From an uncultured Verrucomicrobiota bacterium (GTDB lineage Bacteria > Verrucomicrobiota > Verrucomicrobiia > Palsa-1439), in the NCBI GenBank assembly GCA_964514435.1, contig CAZEQV010000001.1, positions 1-43,265 on the forward strand: DNA of 43,265 nt, read 5' to 3'. Below, one piece after another: positions 7,678-17,741 of this stretch. Within the stretch, counting starts at the first letter, position 1. Each line of letters opens with the position of its first letter. Under the pieces are notes generated by a model. That model had not been told where the DNA came from and made no database searches. It was given only the letters and a program-made list of their open reading frames with translations. The translations under genes were made by a program, and so were the position numbers.

Positions 7678-8679
7678 TTATTTGTGGGGAGTGCCGATTT
7701 GGATGGTGACGGGCACGGCTATGGTCGGTTGTGACTCAGCGTTGGTTTCAAATGCCACCATGCCCATCAGCGTTTTGGGGGGAGGATCGCTCAGTGTGGC
7801 CACGATTTCGTACTTTCGGTCTTGCTCCAGCGCTCGAAGCTCGACGGTCACACGATCCACTGTGCTGGTGACGTTTCGCACCGTGAAGGGGCCGGGCAAT
7901 CGAGGGGCGCTCACGACGACCTTGCGTTCCGCGGCCGGACCGCGAACGGTGCCGCCACTGCCCGGCAGGCTCCAAAACAACACCGCAGGCGACCAGATTA
8001 CGTCTCCCACTACACGCCCGGTAATCCAGATTGTCAGGGAGGGTTTGACCGGGTCGTCGGTGTGAATCTTCAGCGATTCGTTGAATCGGCCCAGTTGGGT
8101 GTCCGCCGGGAACTTCACGCGGATGCAGGCTCGCGATGGATCGTTGTTCACTGGTTCCACAGTTGCTTTGATGGTTTTGCGGCTTGGGGCTGTCTCACTG
8201 ATGACCAAGGGCGCGCCGTCCAATCGGCGCACTTCCACGGTCACATTCGTCAGTTCACCTCGGCCGATGTCGCCGAGAAGAATGTCGCGGGGCGCGGCTT
8301 CATACAGAGCCGGTATCTTTACGCGGCAGGTCAACGTGGCGCGGGGTGTGACGGGGTCGTTGGAGCCGAGCGTCAGACTTGAGACCACCAACCCGGTGGT
8401 ATCGCCGAGGTTGATGGAGAAGCTCAGCGGGGTGGAGGCGCCCGGTGCGATCTCCTTTTTCTCCACGCTGGCGCGCGTGCATCCGCAGGAAGTTCCGATG
8501 CCATTTATGATCAATGGCTCATCGCCGGTATTGCGGACGACGAACGATCCTGTCACCGATTGTGCGCCTGATGTTGTGCCGAGGTCGCAAGTGGTGTGGT
8601 CGAATTCGATGCGCGGCGCGGCGCTGGCGATTTCCCCGGCAAGGCAGGCAAGAACCAGCAGTGTGAAGATCGTCTTCAT
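7678..8679 (-). CDS. DUF1573 domain-containing secreted protein
   Basis: Signal peptide MKTIFTLLVLACLAGEIASA, then FDHTTCDLGTTSGAQSVTGSFVVRNTGDEPLIINGIGTSCGCT (DUF1573 signature with a CGC motif), then further Ig-like beta-rich sequence. Confidence 0.8.
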   Translation of the reverse strand: MKTIFTLLVLACLAGEIASAAPRIEFDHTTCDLGTTSGAQSVTGSFVVRNTGDEPLIINGIGTSCGCTRASVEKKEIAPGASTPLSFSINLGDTTGLVVSSLTLGSNDPVTPRATLTCRVKIPALYEAAPRDILLGDIGRGELTNVTVEVRRLDGAPLVISETAPSRKTIKATVEPVNNDPSRACIRVKFPADTQLGRFNESLKIHTDDPVKPSLTIWITGRVVGDVIWSPAVLFWSLPGSGGTVRGPAAERKVVVSAPRLPGPFTVRNVTSTVDRVTVELRALEQDRKYEIVATLSDPPPKTLMGMVAFETNAESQPTIAVPVTIQIGTPHK

Positions 8680-8701
8680 GTTGCGACTACGATAACAAGT
8701 T

Positions 8702-10726
8702 TCAGCGTATGGCCACCAGCATCACTTGCAGTGGTTCCAGTGTGGTCTGGGCGCCGACGGTGCGACCGCTCAAGAGATCCTTGCCGGACTTCTTCAATGT
8801 GATCGTTTGCTCGGACTCGGTGATGTTGACGATGCCGTAGCCGGCCACTTGGCCGGTAGCGTCGGCGCGGGGCACCACGATCACGTTGCCGGAACCGGTG
8901 GCGACCGGCTCGACGCCGGCTGCGGTGAGGATTTGTTTCACCAGCTTCAGGTGAACGGACTCGTTGACGGCGCAACCGAGCGTGGTGACGGTTCCCTTGC
9001 CGAACTTGTTTCGCACGATGGCAACGTGGTCGTTGCCGTAGCCGCCCCGGTAATGAGCGAGCGCTTCGCCAGTGGTGCAGCGGAATCCTTCACACCAGTT
9101 GCGGGTGCGGGTGGTTTCGCCGTCGGCAAGCTCGACGGTTACGCGGTCTTCCATCCAATGGACGGTAAAGCGCAACGAACTCTCAGCACCGATGAGTTCT
9201 TCGAGTCCGCCAAACTCACGGTCGCGCCAAGCTGTGAATTCCTCCGTGCGGTAGCCGGTCAGCGGACCGAGTATGAGGTGTCCGCCTTGCCGGACCCAGT
9301 CGCGCAGCCGTTGCTTGGTGGCTTCTTTGACGATGGGCATCAGCGGCAATACCAGCACGCGATACCGGCTGAAGTCGGCGTCTTCGCCAATGACATCGCG
9401 CCAGACATGGTTTCGCGCCAGGCGCAGGTAATGATCTTCGCGCCAGCGGACTTCGTAGCGCATGTCGTCGTCAATCGGATCAATGCTGAACGCCCAAGCG
9501 GCTTCGTTGCTGAGGACGATGCCGACCTGGGCTTGTTGCGGGGGATGATCGAGAAGCCAGCGACCGTGTTTGGCGCAGTCGGCGCAGAGCTGGGCGAGCG
9601 CGTTTTTGTTGGGACGCCATTTGCCGGTCGCGGTGACGAGCGTGCCGTGCTGCATTTCCTGACCGGCCCAGTGTTCGCGCCATTGCCAGTAAAGAATCAT
9701 CGAGCCGCCCATCAAGTGCGACATCCAGCTCATCGCGAGGATACCGTGTTCGTCGTGATGAATGTTCCATTGCTTGCCGCCGCCGGACCAGTTGGGCGCA
9801 GTTTCCAGCAGCCAATAGGGCGCCGGCTTCTCGGCGCGCATCCGGTCGAAGTTCTGCCAGTTCCAGTGATAATGGTTCACGTCGCGGTACATGCTGAATC
9901 CGACCCGGTCGAGCAGCCGGTTGTGTTGGAACCAGTTCATGCCCAGACCCGCTGTCATGTTGGTGGTGATGGGTTTGTCGGAATGCTGGCGGATGATGTC
10001 GCACTGAAGTTTGATGAACGAAGTCCACGCCTCGTTGTTATAACGTGAGACGGCCATGACCAAGGAAGGGTTGTGGCGTTCGGGCACCTCGATGGAGCCC
10101 ACGGCGGCCACAGGCATCGGCACTTGATCGAAGGATTGATACGCCTGGCTCCAGATTTCCAGACCCCAGGCCTTGTTCATTGCCTCGACGGTGCCGAATT
10201 TTTTATTTAGGTACTCACGGAATCCTCGTTTGGCTTCGTCGCCGTAATCGTTCGATGCCATTTCATTGTCAATCTGCCAGGAGTGCAGTGCGGGATGACC
10301 GGAGAACGTCTCGGCCATCTTGCCGACAATCTTGGCGCACAAGGCCCGGTACGTCTGGCTGTACACGGAGTAATGTTTGCGGCCGCCATGCGTGGCGCGT
10401 TTGCCGTCGGGGTCGGTCCGCAACACATCCGGGTACTTGGTCGTCAACCAAGCCGGTGGGGCGGCGGTGGGTGTGCCGATCATCACGGCGATGCCGGCTT
10501 CGGCGCACAAATCCATCACGCGCCGCGCCCAGTCGAAATCATACTGGCCTTCTTCGGGTTCGAACTTGTGCCAGGCGAACTCAAACATTCTCACGATGTT
10601 GAATCCGATCTCGGTCATGCGGGTGATGTCGCGCGGCCATTCCTCGGCCGGCCACATTTCAGGGTACCAGCTCACGCCAATCAGAAGTTTCTCGTCGTGA
10701 TTTTTGTCAGAAGGAATGTGGATCAT
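8702..10726 (-). CDS. Beta-galactosidase, glycoside hydrolase family 42
   Basis: LIGVSWYPEMWPAEEWPRDITRMTEIGFNIVRMFEFAWHKFEPEEGQYDF, acid/base region WQIDNEM, nucleophile region YWLLETAP. At 674 aa, the length is typical of GH42. Confidence 0.9.
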   Translation of the reverse strand: MIHIPSDKNHDEKLLIGVSWYPEMWPAEEWPRDITRMTEIGFNIVRMFEFAWHKFEPEEGQYDFDWARRVMDLCAEAGIAVMIGTPTAAPPAWLTTKYPDVLRTDPDGKRATHGGRKHYSVYSQTYRALCAKIVGKMAETFSGHPALHSWQIDNEMASNDYGDEAKRGFREYLNKKFGTVEAMNKAWGLEIWSQAYQSFDQVPMPVAAVGSIEVPERHNPSLVMAVSRYNNEAWTSFIKLQCDIIRQHSDKPITTNMTAGLGMNWFQHNRLLDRVGFSMYRDVNHYHWNWQNFDRMRAEKPAPYWLLETAPNWSGGGKQWNIHHDEHGILAMSWMSHLMGGSMILYWQWREHWAGQEMQHGTLVTATGKWRPNKNALAQLCADCAKHGRWLLDHPPQQAQVGIVLSNEAAWAFSIDPIDDDMRYEVRWREDHYLRLARNHVWRDVIGEDADFSRYRVLVLPLMPIVKEATKQRLRDWVRQGGHLILGPLTGYRTEEFTAWRDREFGGLEELIGAESSLRFTVHWMEDRVTVELADGETTRTRNWCEGFRCTTGEALAHYRGGYGNDHVAIVRNKFGKGTVTTLGCAVNESVHLKLVKQILTAAGVEPVATGSGNVIVVPRADATGQVAGYGIVNITESEQTITLKKSGKDLLSGRTVGAQTTLEPLQVMLVAIR

Positions 10727-10817
10727 GGCGGCATGGTAACGGGTAACCTGCGCTCTTGTCCATGCTGAGACGCGGATACGGTTGCCGGGTCGTCCGGTAA
10801 GGTGTTATACCCAGCGC

Positions 10818-12425
10818 ATGAATATAGATTTCAGCGGACTTCATTACTATGACCCGGCTTGGATTCAACAGAGCCGGGAAGTTCTGAAAGTGGATGTATG
10901 CGTGTACGGCGCGTCGTCAGGCGGAGTGGTGGCGGCAGTGAAAGCGGCCCGGCTCGGAAAGACGGTGGTGTTGCTGCAGCCGGGCAAGCATCTCGGCGGA
11001 CTGACATCCGGCGGGCTTGGTTGGACTGATTACGGCAAGAAGCACGTGATCGGCGGCATGTCGCGGCAGTTTTACCGGGATGTGGGCCGGCATTATGGCA
11101 AGGAGGAAGAATGGCAGTTCGAACCGCGCGTGGCCGAGGCCGTATTCAATCGGATGGTGGCCGAGGCGAAGGTGCCGGTGCGGTTGTGCCAGTATCTCGA
11201 CAAAGTGAAATTAGACGGAAAACGGATTGCCGTCGTGACGATGCTGGGAGGATTGCGCGTGGAGGCGCGTGTTTTTATTGATGCCTCTTACGAAGGCGAT
11301 TTGATGGCGCGGGCCGAGGTTTCGTACACCACGGGACGGGAAGGCAACGCTCAATATGGCGAGACGTTGAACGGGATTCAGGTTCGCCACCAGCATCAGT
11401 TCAGCCACCCGGTTGATCCGTTCGTGGTGGCGGGCGATCCGAAGAGCGGGCTGTTGCCCCAGATCATTGATGTGGACCTGTCAAAACGACAAGGCGAGGG
11501 CGACAAGCGGATTCAAGCGTACAACTTCCGGATGTGCATGACGGATGATCCCGCGCTGAAAATACCGTGGCCGAAACCGTTGCAGTTTGATCCGCTTCAG
11601 TACGTGTTGGCGACGCGGTGGTTCAATGGGGAGAAGGACAATTACAACGAGCAGCTGGCGCCCGGTAAAGATGTGCCCGGCAAGTTTGACATTTTGCCCA
11701 ACAAAACAGCGGGCGGGTTTCACAAGACCGACACCAACAATCATGGACCGGTCTCCAGCGATTTCATCGGCGCCAACCATGATTGGCCCGAGGCGGACTA
11801 CGCCACGCGCGAGAAGATCTTTCAGCGGCATTTCCAGTATCAACTTGGGTTCTATTGGCACATGGCCAACTCGCCAGAGATACCGGAGCGTTACCGGCGC
11901 GCGTATGCCCGGTGGGGTTTGCCGAAAGACGAGTTCCCGGACACCGGCCACTGGCCGCCGCAGCTTTACGTCCGCGAAGCGCGCCGCATGGTCAGCGACT
12001 ACGTGTTGACGGAGGCAGACTGCCGGTTGACGCGCAAGCCCTCCGACCCGGTGGGCATGGGCAGTTACAACATGGATTCGCACAACTGTTCGCGGTTTGT
12101 GAAATACGAGAACGGCCGGGCGCGGGTGTTGAACGAGGGTGATGTCCAGGAGAGACCGGCCGGTCCGTACGGCGTGTCGTATCGTTCCCTCGTGCCACGT
12201 CGGGGCGAATGTGAAAACTTGTTTGTGCCGGTATGCCTGTCCTCGTCGCACATCTGCTACGGTTCGGTGCGGATGGAGCCGGTCTTCATGGTGTTGGGCG
12301 AATCATCCGCCGTGGCGGCGTGCCTGGCAATGGATGCCAACATACCGGTGCAGGACGTGGATTACGCGAAGCTGCGCGAGAGGTTGTTGGCAGACGGGCA
12401 GGTGTTGGAAACGCCCGCGCCATGA
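10818..12425 (+). CDS. FAD-dependent oxidoreductase (PF12831-like)
   Basis: ORF 10782..12425 begins with TTG. The first ATG, at 10818, gives MNIDFSGL... Rossmann dinucleotide motif VCVYGASSGGVVAAVKAARLGKTVVLL...GGLTSGG. Confidence 0.8.
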   Translation: MNIDFSGLHYYDPAWIQQSREVLKVDVCVYGASSGGVVAAVKAARLGKTVVLLQPGKHLGGLTSGGLGWTDYGKKHVIGGMSRQFYRDVGRHYGKEEEWQFEPRVAEAVFNRMVAEAKVPVRLCQYLDKVKLDGKRIAVVTMLGGLRVEARVFIDASYEGDLMARAEVSYTTGREGNAQYGETLNGIQVRHQHQFSHPVDPFVVAGDPKSGLLPQIIDVDLSKRQGEGDKRIQAYNFRMCMTDDPALKIPWPKPLQFDPLQYVLATRWFNGEKDNYNEQLAPGKDVPGKFDILPNKTAGGFHKTDTNNHGPVSSDFIGANHDWPEADYATREKIFQRHFQYQLGFYWHMANSPEIPERYRRAYARWGLPKDEFPDTGHWPPQLYVREARRMVSDYVLTEADCRLTRKPSDPVGMGSYNMDSHNCSRFVKYENGRARVLNEGDVQERPAGPYGVSYRSLVPRRGECENLFVPVCLSSSHICYGSVRMEPVFMVLGESSAVAACLAMDANIPVQDVDYAKLRERLLADGQVLETPAP

Positions 12426-12470
12426 CCGGCAAGCTTGCCGGTGGGCCGACGGCGCACTACACTGCGCGGC

Positions 12471-13100
12471 ATGCGTGACAATCTGCACGTCTTGCGGCAT
12501 CCGTTGGTGCACAGTTTCATCACGGAGATTCGCGACAAAAACGCCCGCCGCGCCACGGTGCGCCATCATGTGCGGGCGCTGGCGTTGATGTTGTTTTACG
12601 AGGCTTCGCGCGAACTTCCGCAACAGCCCGTTACCGTGGAAACACCCCTGACCGTCACGGCTGGCTCGCGCGTGAAAGGCAGCGTGGGGCTTGTTCCGAT
12701 TCTGCGCGCCGGGCTGGGCATGGTGGAGGGGTTGCTCGAATGGCTGCCGGAAGCCAAGGTGTATCATCTGGGAATGTTCCGCGATGAACGCACGCTTCAG
12801 CCGGTGGAGTATTACAGCAAACTGGCGCATCATCCGCCCGTTGACGTGGCGTTCGTGCTTGATCCGATGCTGGCCACGGGCGGGTCGGCCACGGCGGCGG
12901 CGGAGCGCTTGAAATCATGGGGCGTCAAACGCATCCATTTTCTCAGCCTGTTCGCCGCGCCGGAAGGCGTGGCCCGCTTGGCGGACGAACATCCGGACGT
13001 GAGCATCCACGTGTGCGTTCTGGACGAACGGTTGAACGAACGCGGGTACATCGTGCCCGGCATGGGCGACGCGGGCGACCGCCAGTTCAGCGCCGATTGA
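12471..13100 (+). CDS. upp: Uracil phosphoribosyltransferase
   Basis: MRDNLHVLRHPLV..., VPILRAGLGM, PRPP-binding loop VLDPMLATGGSA, C-terminal YIVPGMGDAGDRQF. ATG 12471 lies inside the TTG-initiated ORF 12435..13100. Confidence 0.92.
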   Translation: MRDNLHVLRHPLVHSFITEIRDKNARRATVRHHVRALALMLFYEASRELPQQPVTVETPLTVTAGSRVKGSVGLVPILRAGLGMVEGLLEWLPEAKVYHLGMFRDERTLQPVEYYSKLAHHPPVDVAFVLDPMLATGGSATAAAERLKSWGVKRIHFLSLFAAPEGVARLADEHPDVSIHVCVLDERLNERGYIVPGMGDAGDRQFSAD

Positions 13101-13110
13101 CGCGAGCACC

Positions 13111-14157
13111 ATGACAACGCATCCCCGACAATTCGTCAGCGACAATTGTTCCGGTATCTGCCCCGAAGCGTGGGAGGCGCTCGCCGAAGCCAATCACGGT
13201 CACGCGCCGTCCTACGGTGACGATGAATGGACGGAACGCGCTTGTGATCTGGTCCGGCAAGTGTTCGAGACCGACTGCGAGATTTTCTTCGTGTTCAACG
13301 GCACAGCGGCCAACGCGCTGGCGCTGGCCACGCTTTGTCAGCCGTTTCACAGCGTTCTCTGCCACACCCACGCCCACGTCGAGGTGGACGAATGCGGCGC
13401 GCCGGAGTTTTTCTCGCATGGCAGCAAAGTGTTGTTGGTCGGCGGCGAGAATGGACGGATTGATCCGGTCGCGTTGGAGCAGACAGCCACCAAGCGCAGC
13501 GACATTCATTATCCAAAACCGCGCGCCTTGAGCCTGACCGAGGCGACCGAGCTGGGAACGGTGTATCGGCCCGCGCATTTGCAGGCGTTGAAGGACTCCG
13601 CGGGCCGGTTGGGTCTGCGCATCCACATGGACGGCGCGCGGTTCGCCAACGCCGTCGTTTCTACGGGCGCTTATCCCAAAGAACTGAGCTGGCAGGCCGG
13701 TGTGGATGTGTTGTGTCTCGGCGGCAGCAAGAACGGACTGGGCGTGGGGGAGATGGTGGTGTTTTTCAACAAACCGCTGGCCGCCGAGTTTGACTATCGC
13801 TGCAAACAGGCCGGCCAGCTTTGCTCGAAAATGCGATTCATGGCCGCGCCGTGGGTGGGGCTGTTGCGCGACGGCGCGTGGCTGCGCAACGCCGCCAACG
13901 CCAATCGGACCGCGCAGCGGTTGGAGGAAAAGCTGCGCGACGTGCCCGGTCTCGACATTGCGTTTCCATGCGAAGCCAACTCCGTGTTCGTGCGAATGCC
14001 GTCCGGCAAGGCTGATGCCGTGCGTGCGCGCGCGTGGAGATTCTACGAGACGCACAGTATCGCTTGTTCGCGGTTGATGTGCAGTTGGGACACGACCGAC
14101 GAGGATGTGGACCAACTCGCGGCGGACATTCGCAGCGTGATGACTGGTAACCGTTGA
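13111..14157 (+). CDS. ltaE: Low-specificity threonine aldolase / beta-eliminating lyase family (PLP-dependent)
   Basis: FVSDNCSGICPEAWEAL..., YGDDEWT, FVFNGTAANALAL, PLP-lysine context LCLGGSKNGLG. Confidence 0.8.
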   Translation: MTTHPRQFVSDNCSGICPEAWEALAEANHGHAPSYGDDEWTERACDLVRQVFETDCEIFFVFNGTAANALALATLCQPFHSVLCHTHAHVEVDECGAPEFFSHGSKVLLVGGENGRIDPVALEQTATKRSDIHYPKPRALSLTEATELGTVYRPAHLQALKDSAGRLGLRIHMDGARFANAVVSTGAYPKELSWQAGVDVLCLGGSKNGLGVGEMVVFFNKPLAAEFDYRCKQAGQLCSKMRFMAAPWVGLLRDGAWLRNAANANRTAQRLEEKLRDVPGLDIAFPCEANSVFVRMPSGKADAVRARAWRFYETHSIACSRLMCSWDTTDEDVDQLAADIRSVMTGNR

Positions 14158-14189
14158 ACTTAACGGTTACTTTGTCGCCACGCATCACC

Positions 14190-17100
14190 ATGAGAACCCG
14201 TATCAAGCTCATCGCGCTGGCGCTTGCGTTTTCGCTTGGCCAAACCCCGGTCGGCGCGGCGCCGTCCGTTTCACGCGACGGAGTCTGGCACTCGTTCGAT
14301 CAGGCGCCGGCTGAAAAGGCGAACCTGCCGGCATGGGTGCGACCGGCCAAGTTTCGTCCCGCCCGTCTGAATGTGCCGGCTTTGCGCGCCAGCCTGGCCA
14401 AAGCGCCGGTGGAGATCGAATTGCCGATGCCGGATGGAACGTTCGCCCGATTTCACATTGAAGAATCACCGATCATGGAACCGGCTCTGGCCGCCAAGTT
14501 CCCGGAGATCAAGACCTATTCCGGACGCGGCTTGGATGACCCATCGGCCACCATCCGTTGCGACATCACGCCGGCTGGGTTCCACGCGCAAATCCTGTCG
14601 CCGCGCGGCGCTGTCTATATTGATCCCTATTCGCGCGGTGACGACACGTTTTACGCCAGCTACTACAAACGCGATCATCGCCGGCAGGCCGACGGGTGGC
14701 AATGTTTCCAGCGGGGCGACGAGGCAAACGCACCGGCGATAGGTGGCGCAATGGCGGGCGGAGACATGGTCAACCGGTCCGGCACGGCGCTGCGCACCTA
14801 CCGGCTCGCCTGCGCGGCAACCGGAGAATATACGGCGTTTCACGGCGGCACCGTGGCATCGGGGATGGCCGCCATCGTGACCGCCATCAATCGCGTGACC
14901 GGCGTGTACGAAAGCGAGTTGTCCATCCGGCTCGTGCTCGTGGCCAACAACGATTTGATCGTGTACACCAACTCCGCCACCGATCCCTACACCAACAACA
15001 GCGGCTCCACGATGCTCGGTCAAAACCAGACGACCTGCGACAACGTGATTGGCAGCGCGAACTACGACATCGGCCACGTGTTCAGCACCGGGGGCGGTGG
15101 CGTTGCGTATTTGGGCGTGGTCTGCGCCAATGGAAGCAAAGGCGGAGGCGTGACCGGTTCGACCAGCCCCGTGGGCGATGCGTTCTACATTGATTACGTC
15201 GCACACGAAATGGGACATCAGTTTGGCGCGAATCACACGTTCAACAGCACCACCAGCAATTGTGGCGGCGGCAACCGCAACGCGACCACCGCTTACGAAC
15301 CCGGCAGCGGTTCCACGATCATGGCCTATGCCGGTATCTGCGGAGCCGACGACTTGCAGCCGAACAGCGATCCTTATTTTCATTCCGCGAGCTTCGACGA
15401 GATCATCGCCTATTCGACCAGCGGCGGCGGAAATGGGTGCGCCGTGCAAACGGCAACCAGCAACACCGTGCCAACAGTCAGCGCCGGTCCCAACTTCACC
15501 ATACCGGCCCGCACACCGTTCACGCTGACCGCCATCGGAAATGATGCCGACGGGGATTCGCTCACGTACTGCTGGGAGGAACGCGATCTCGGGCCGGCCA
15601 CCACGCTGTCCGCCGGCGACAATGGCAGCAGTCCGTTGTTTCGTTCGTTCAATCCCACGAACAGCCCCGCGCGCACGTTTCCCAAACTCTCCGCCATTCT
15701 GACCGGTGCGCCCTCGCTCGGCGAAAAGCTTCCCACGTCCAACCGCACGATGAGCTTCCGCGTCACCGCCCGCGACAACCGACCGGGTGGCGGCGGCGTC
15801 AACACCTCCGACATGACCGTCACGGTCATCAGCAATGCCGGGCCGTTCCTTGTCACCGCGCCCGGCTCCAACGCCGTTTGGTCCGGGGCGCAAACCGTGA
15901 CGTGGAACGTGGCCGGCACCGCCACCGCTCCCATCAACACGACGACTGTCAATATCCGGCTCTCCACCGATGGCGGGCAGACGTTCCCGGTGTTGCTGGC
16001 GACCAACACACCCAACGACGGCGCGGAGTTGGTCGTGCTGCCGAACATTTCCAACACCACAGCCCGCGTGAAAGTGGAGGCCACGGGCAATATCTTCTTC
16101 GACATCTCCGACACGAATTTCACGATCACTAATTCATCGCCCGCGGCGTTGTTGGTGGCCGACGCCGCCGTTTTGGAAGCCGAATCGTGTCCGCCCGGCA
16201 ACAACGCGGTTGATCCGAATGAAACGGTGACGATGTCCTTTGTCGTTCGCAACGTGGGATCGCTGGCCACCACCAACGTGGTGGGAACATTGTTGGTGAC
16301 CGGCGGTGTGTTGTCGCCCAGCGGGCCGCAGAATTACGGAACCATACCGGCCGGCGGCGCGCGCACCAACAGTTTCACGTTCACCGTCAGTGGCAGTTGC
16401 GGAGCCGCCCTCACTGCCTCGCTGCAACTCCAAGACGGCCCGGTTGACATGGGCACGGTCGCCTATCCGGTCATGTTGGGGGCCGTGACGGGCGGTTCGG
16501 TCACCAGCAGCAACGCGTCGGCGTTCACCATACCGGCCACCGGCAACAGCGGGATTTCTTCGTTGTATCCATCCACCATCAATGTGAGCGGCGTGACCGG
16601 TCCCGTCACGAAAGTGGTGGCGCGGCTCAACGGCTTGTCGCACACGTGGCCGGACGACTTGGATGTGTTGTTGGTCAGTCCGGCCGGGCAGAAGGTGATG
16701 CTGATGTCCGATGGGGGCGGCGGAAACAGCATCAGCGGATTGACGCTCACGTTTGACGACGAGGCGAGCGGCGCGTTGCCGGATAGTTCTGCCATTGTGA
16801 GCGGAACTTACCGGCCCACCGACTTTGCCGCGGGAGAAACGATGACCGCGCCCGCGCCTGCCGGGCCGTATTCCACCGCGATGTCGTCGTTCAACGGATA
16901 CAGTCCCAATGGCACGTGGTCGTTGTACATCCTGGATGATCAGAATCCGGACAAGGGCAGTCTCAGCGGCGGTTGGACCCTGATGATTAACACGGCGACG
17001 ACCAACTGTTGCAGCGGGGGGCCGGTTTTTTATTCGCTAACAACCGGCAAGGTGGGCACGGGATCTGGTGCGATCACCAGCAGCCCGGCGGGGATTGATT

Positions 17101-17741
17101 GCGGCAGCGACTGTGAGCAGGATTATCTTTCCAACACCGTGGTGACCGTGACGGCACAGGCCGATGTCTCGAGCACGTTCATGGGTTGGAGCGGTTCGAC
17201 GAACACGCCGAACGCGATTGTCGCGGTGACAATGAACGAAGCAAAAAATCTGGTCGCCGACTTTGCGCTGAATTGGTACCCGCTGACGGTGATCCGGTCG
17301 GGTTCGGGAACCGGCGGGATCGTCAGTGCGCCAGCCGGCATAGATTGCGGCGGCCTTTGTGAGACGAATTTCCCGCACGGAACCATCGTGACCTTGGCGG
17401 CAACGGCCGGAGAGGACAGCGTGTTTGCGGGCTGGAGCGGCGATTGCGCGGGAACGGGTTCTTGCGAAGTGACCCTGACCGGTGCGCGCGTCGTGACCGG
17501 CACGTTCCGACTCAAGCCGATGGTTTCCACGGTGGCGGTCAACGGGGCGGATTTTGCGGTGAGTTTTTCGACGGAAAACGGCGCCACCTACGCCGTGCAA
17601 TACCGGGATTCGTTGACGGAAGGAACCTGGGAGATACTGACGAACAACGTGGCGGGAACCGGCGGCGTGATTTCCATTTTGGACGAGGGGGCCGCTTCCT
17701 TGACGCAACGGTTTTATCGGACGGTTCTATCCGTGCCGTAG
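14190..17741 (+). CDS. Secreted multidomain zinc metalloprotease (reprolysin/M12B-like) with proprotein-convertase P-domain and two InlB-B-repeat-like modules
   Basis: ATG 14190 gives signal peptide MRTRIKLIALALAFSLGQTPVGA. Zincin motif HEMGHQFGANH (HExxHxxGxxH). P-domain-like LSHTWPDDLDVLLVSPAGQKVMLMSDGGG. Two roughly 80-aa tandem modules containing SSPAGIDCG...GWSG. Confidence 0.85.
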   Translation: MRTRIKLIALALAFSLGQTPVGAAPSVSRDGVWHSFDQAPAEKANLPAWVRPAKFRPARLNVPALRASLAKAPVEIELPMPDGTFARFHIEESPIMEPALAAKFPEIKTYSGRGLDDPSATIRCDITPAGFHAQILSPRGAVYIDPYSRGDDTFYASYYKRDHRRQADGWQCFQRGDEANAPAIGGAMAGGDMVNRSGTALRTYRLACAATGEYTAFHGGTVASGMAAIVTAINRVTGVYESELSIRLVLVANNDLIVYTNSATDPYTNNSGSTMLGQNQTTCDNVIGSANYDIGHVFSTGGGGVAYLGVVCANGSKGGGVTGSTSPVGDAFYIDYVAHEMGHQFGANHTFNSTTSNCGGGNRNATTAYEPGSGSTIMAYAGICGADDLQPNSDPYFHSASFDEIIAYSTSGGGNGCAVQTATSNTVPTVSAGPNFTIPARTPFTLTAIGNDADGDSLTYCWEERDLGPATTLSAGDNGSSPLFRSFNPTNSPARTFPKLSAILTGAPSLGEKLPTSNRTMSFRVTARDNRPGGGGVNTSDMTVTVISNAGPFLVTAPGSNAVWSGAQTVTWNVAGTATAPINTTTVNIRLSTDGGQTFPVLLATNTPNDGAELVVLPNISNTTARVKVEATGNIFFDISDTNFTITNSSPAALLVADAAVLEAESCPPGNNAVDPNETVTMSFVVRNVGSLATTNVVGTLLVTGGVLSPSGPQNYGTIPAGGARTNSFTFTVSGSCGAALTASLQLQDGPVDMGTVAYPVMLGAVTGGSVTSSNASAFTIPATGNSGISSLYPSTINVSGVTGPVTKVVARLNGLSHTWPDDLDVLLVSPAGQKVMLMSDGGGGNSISGLTLTFDDEASGALPDSSAIVSGTYRPTDFAAGETMTAPAPAGPYSTAMSSFNGYSPNGTWSLYILDDQNPDKGSLSGGWTLMINTATTNCCSGGPVFYSLTTGKVGTGSGAITSSPAGIDCGSDCEQDYLSNTVVTVTAQADVSSTFMGWSGSTNTPNAIVAVTMNEAKNLVADFALNWYPLTVIRSGSGTGGIVSAPAGIDCGGLCETNFPHGTIVTLAATAGEDSVFAGWSGDCAGTGSCEVTLTGARVVTGTFRLKPMVSTVAVNGADFAVSFSTENGATYAVQYRDSLTEGTWEILTNNVAGTGGVISILDEGAASLTQRFYRTVLSVP

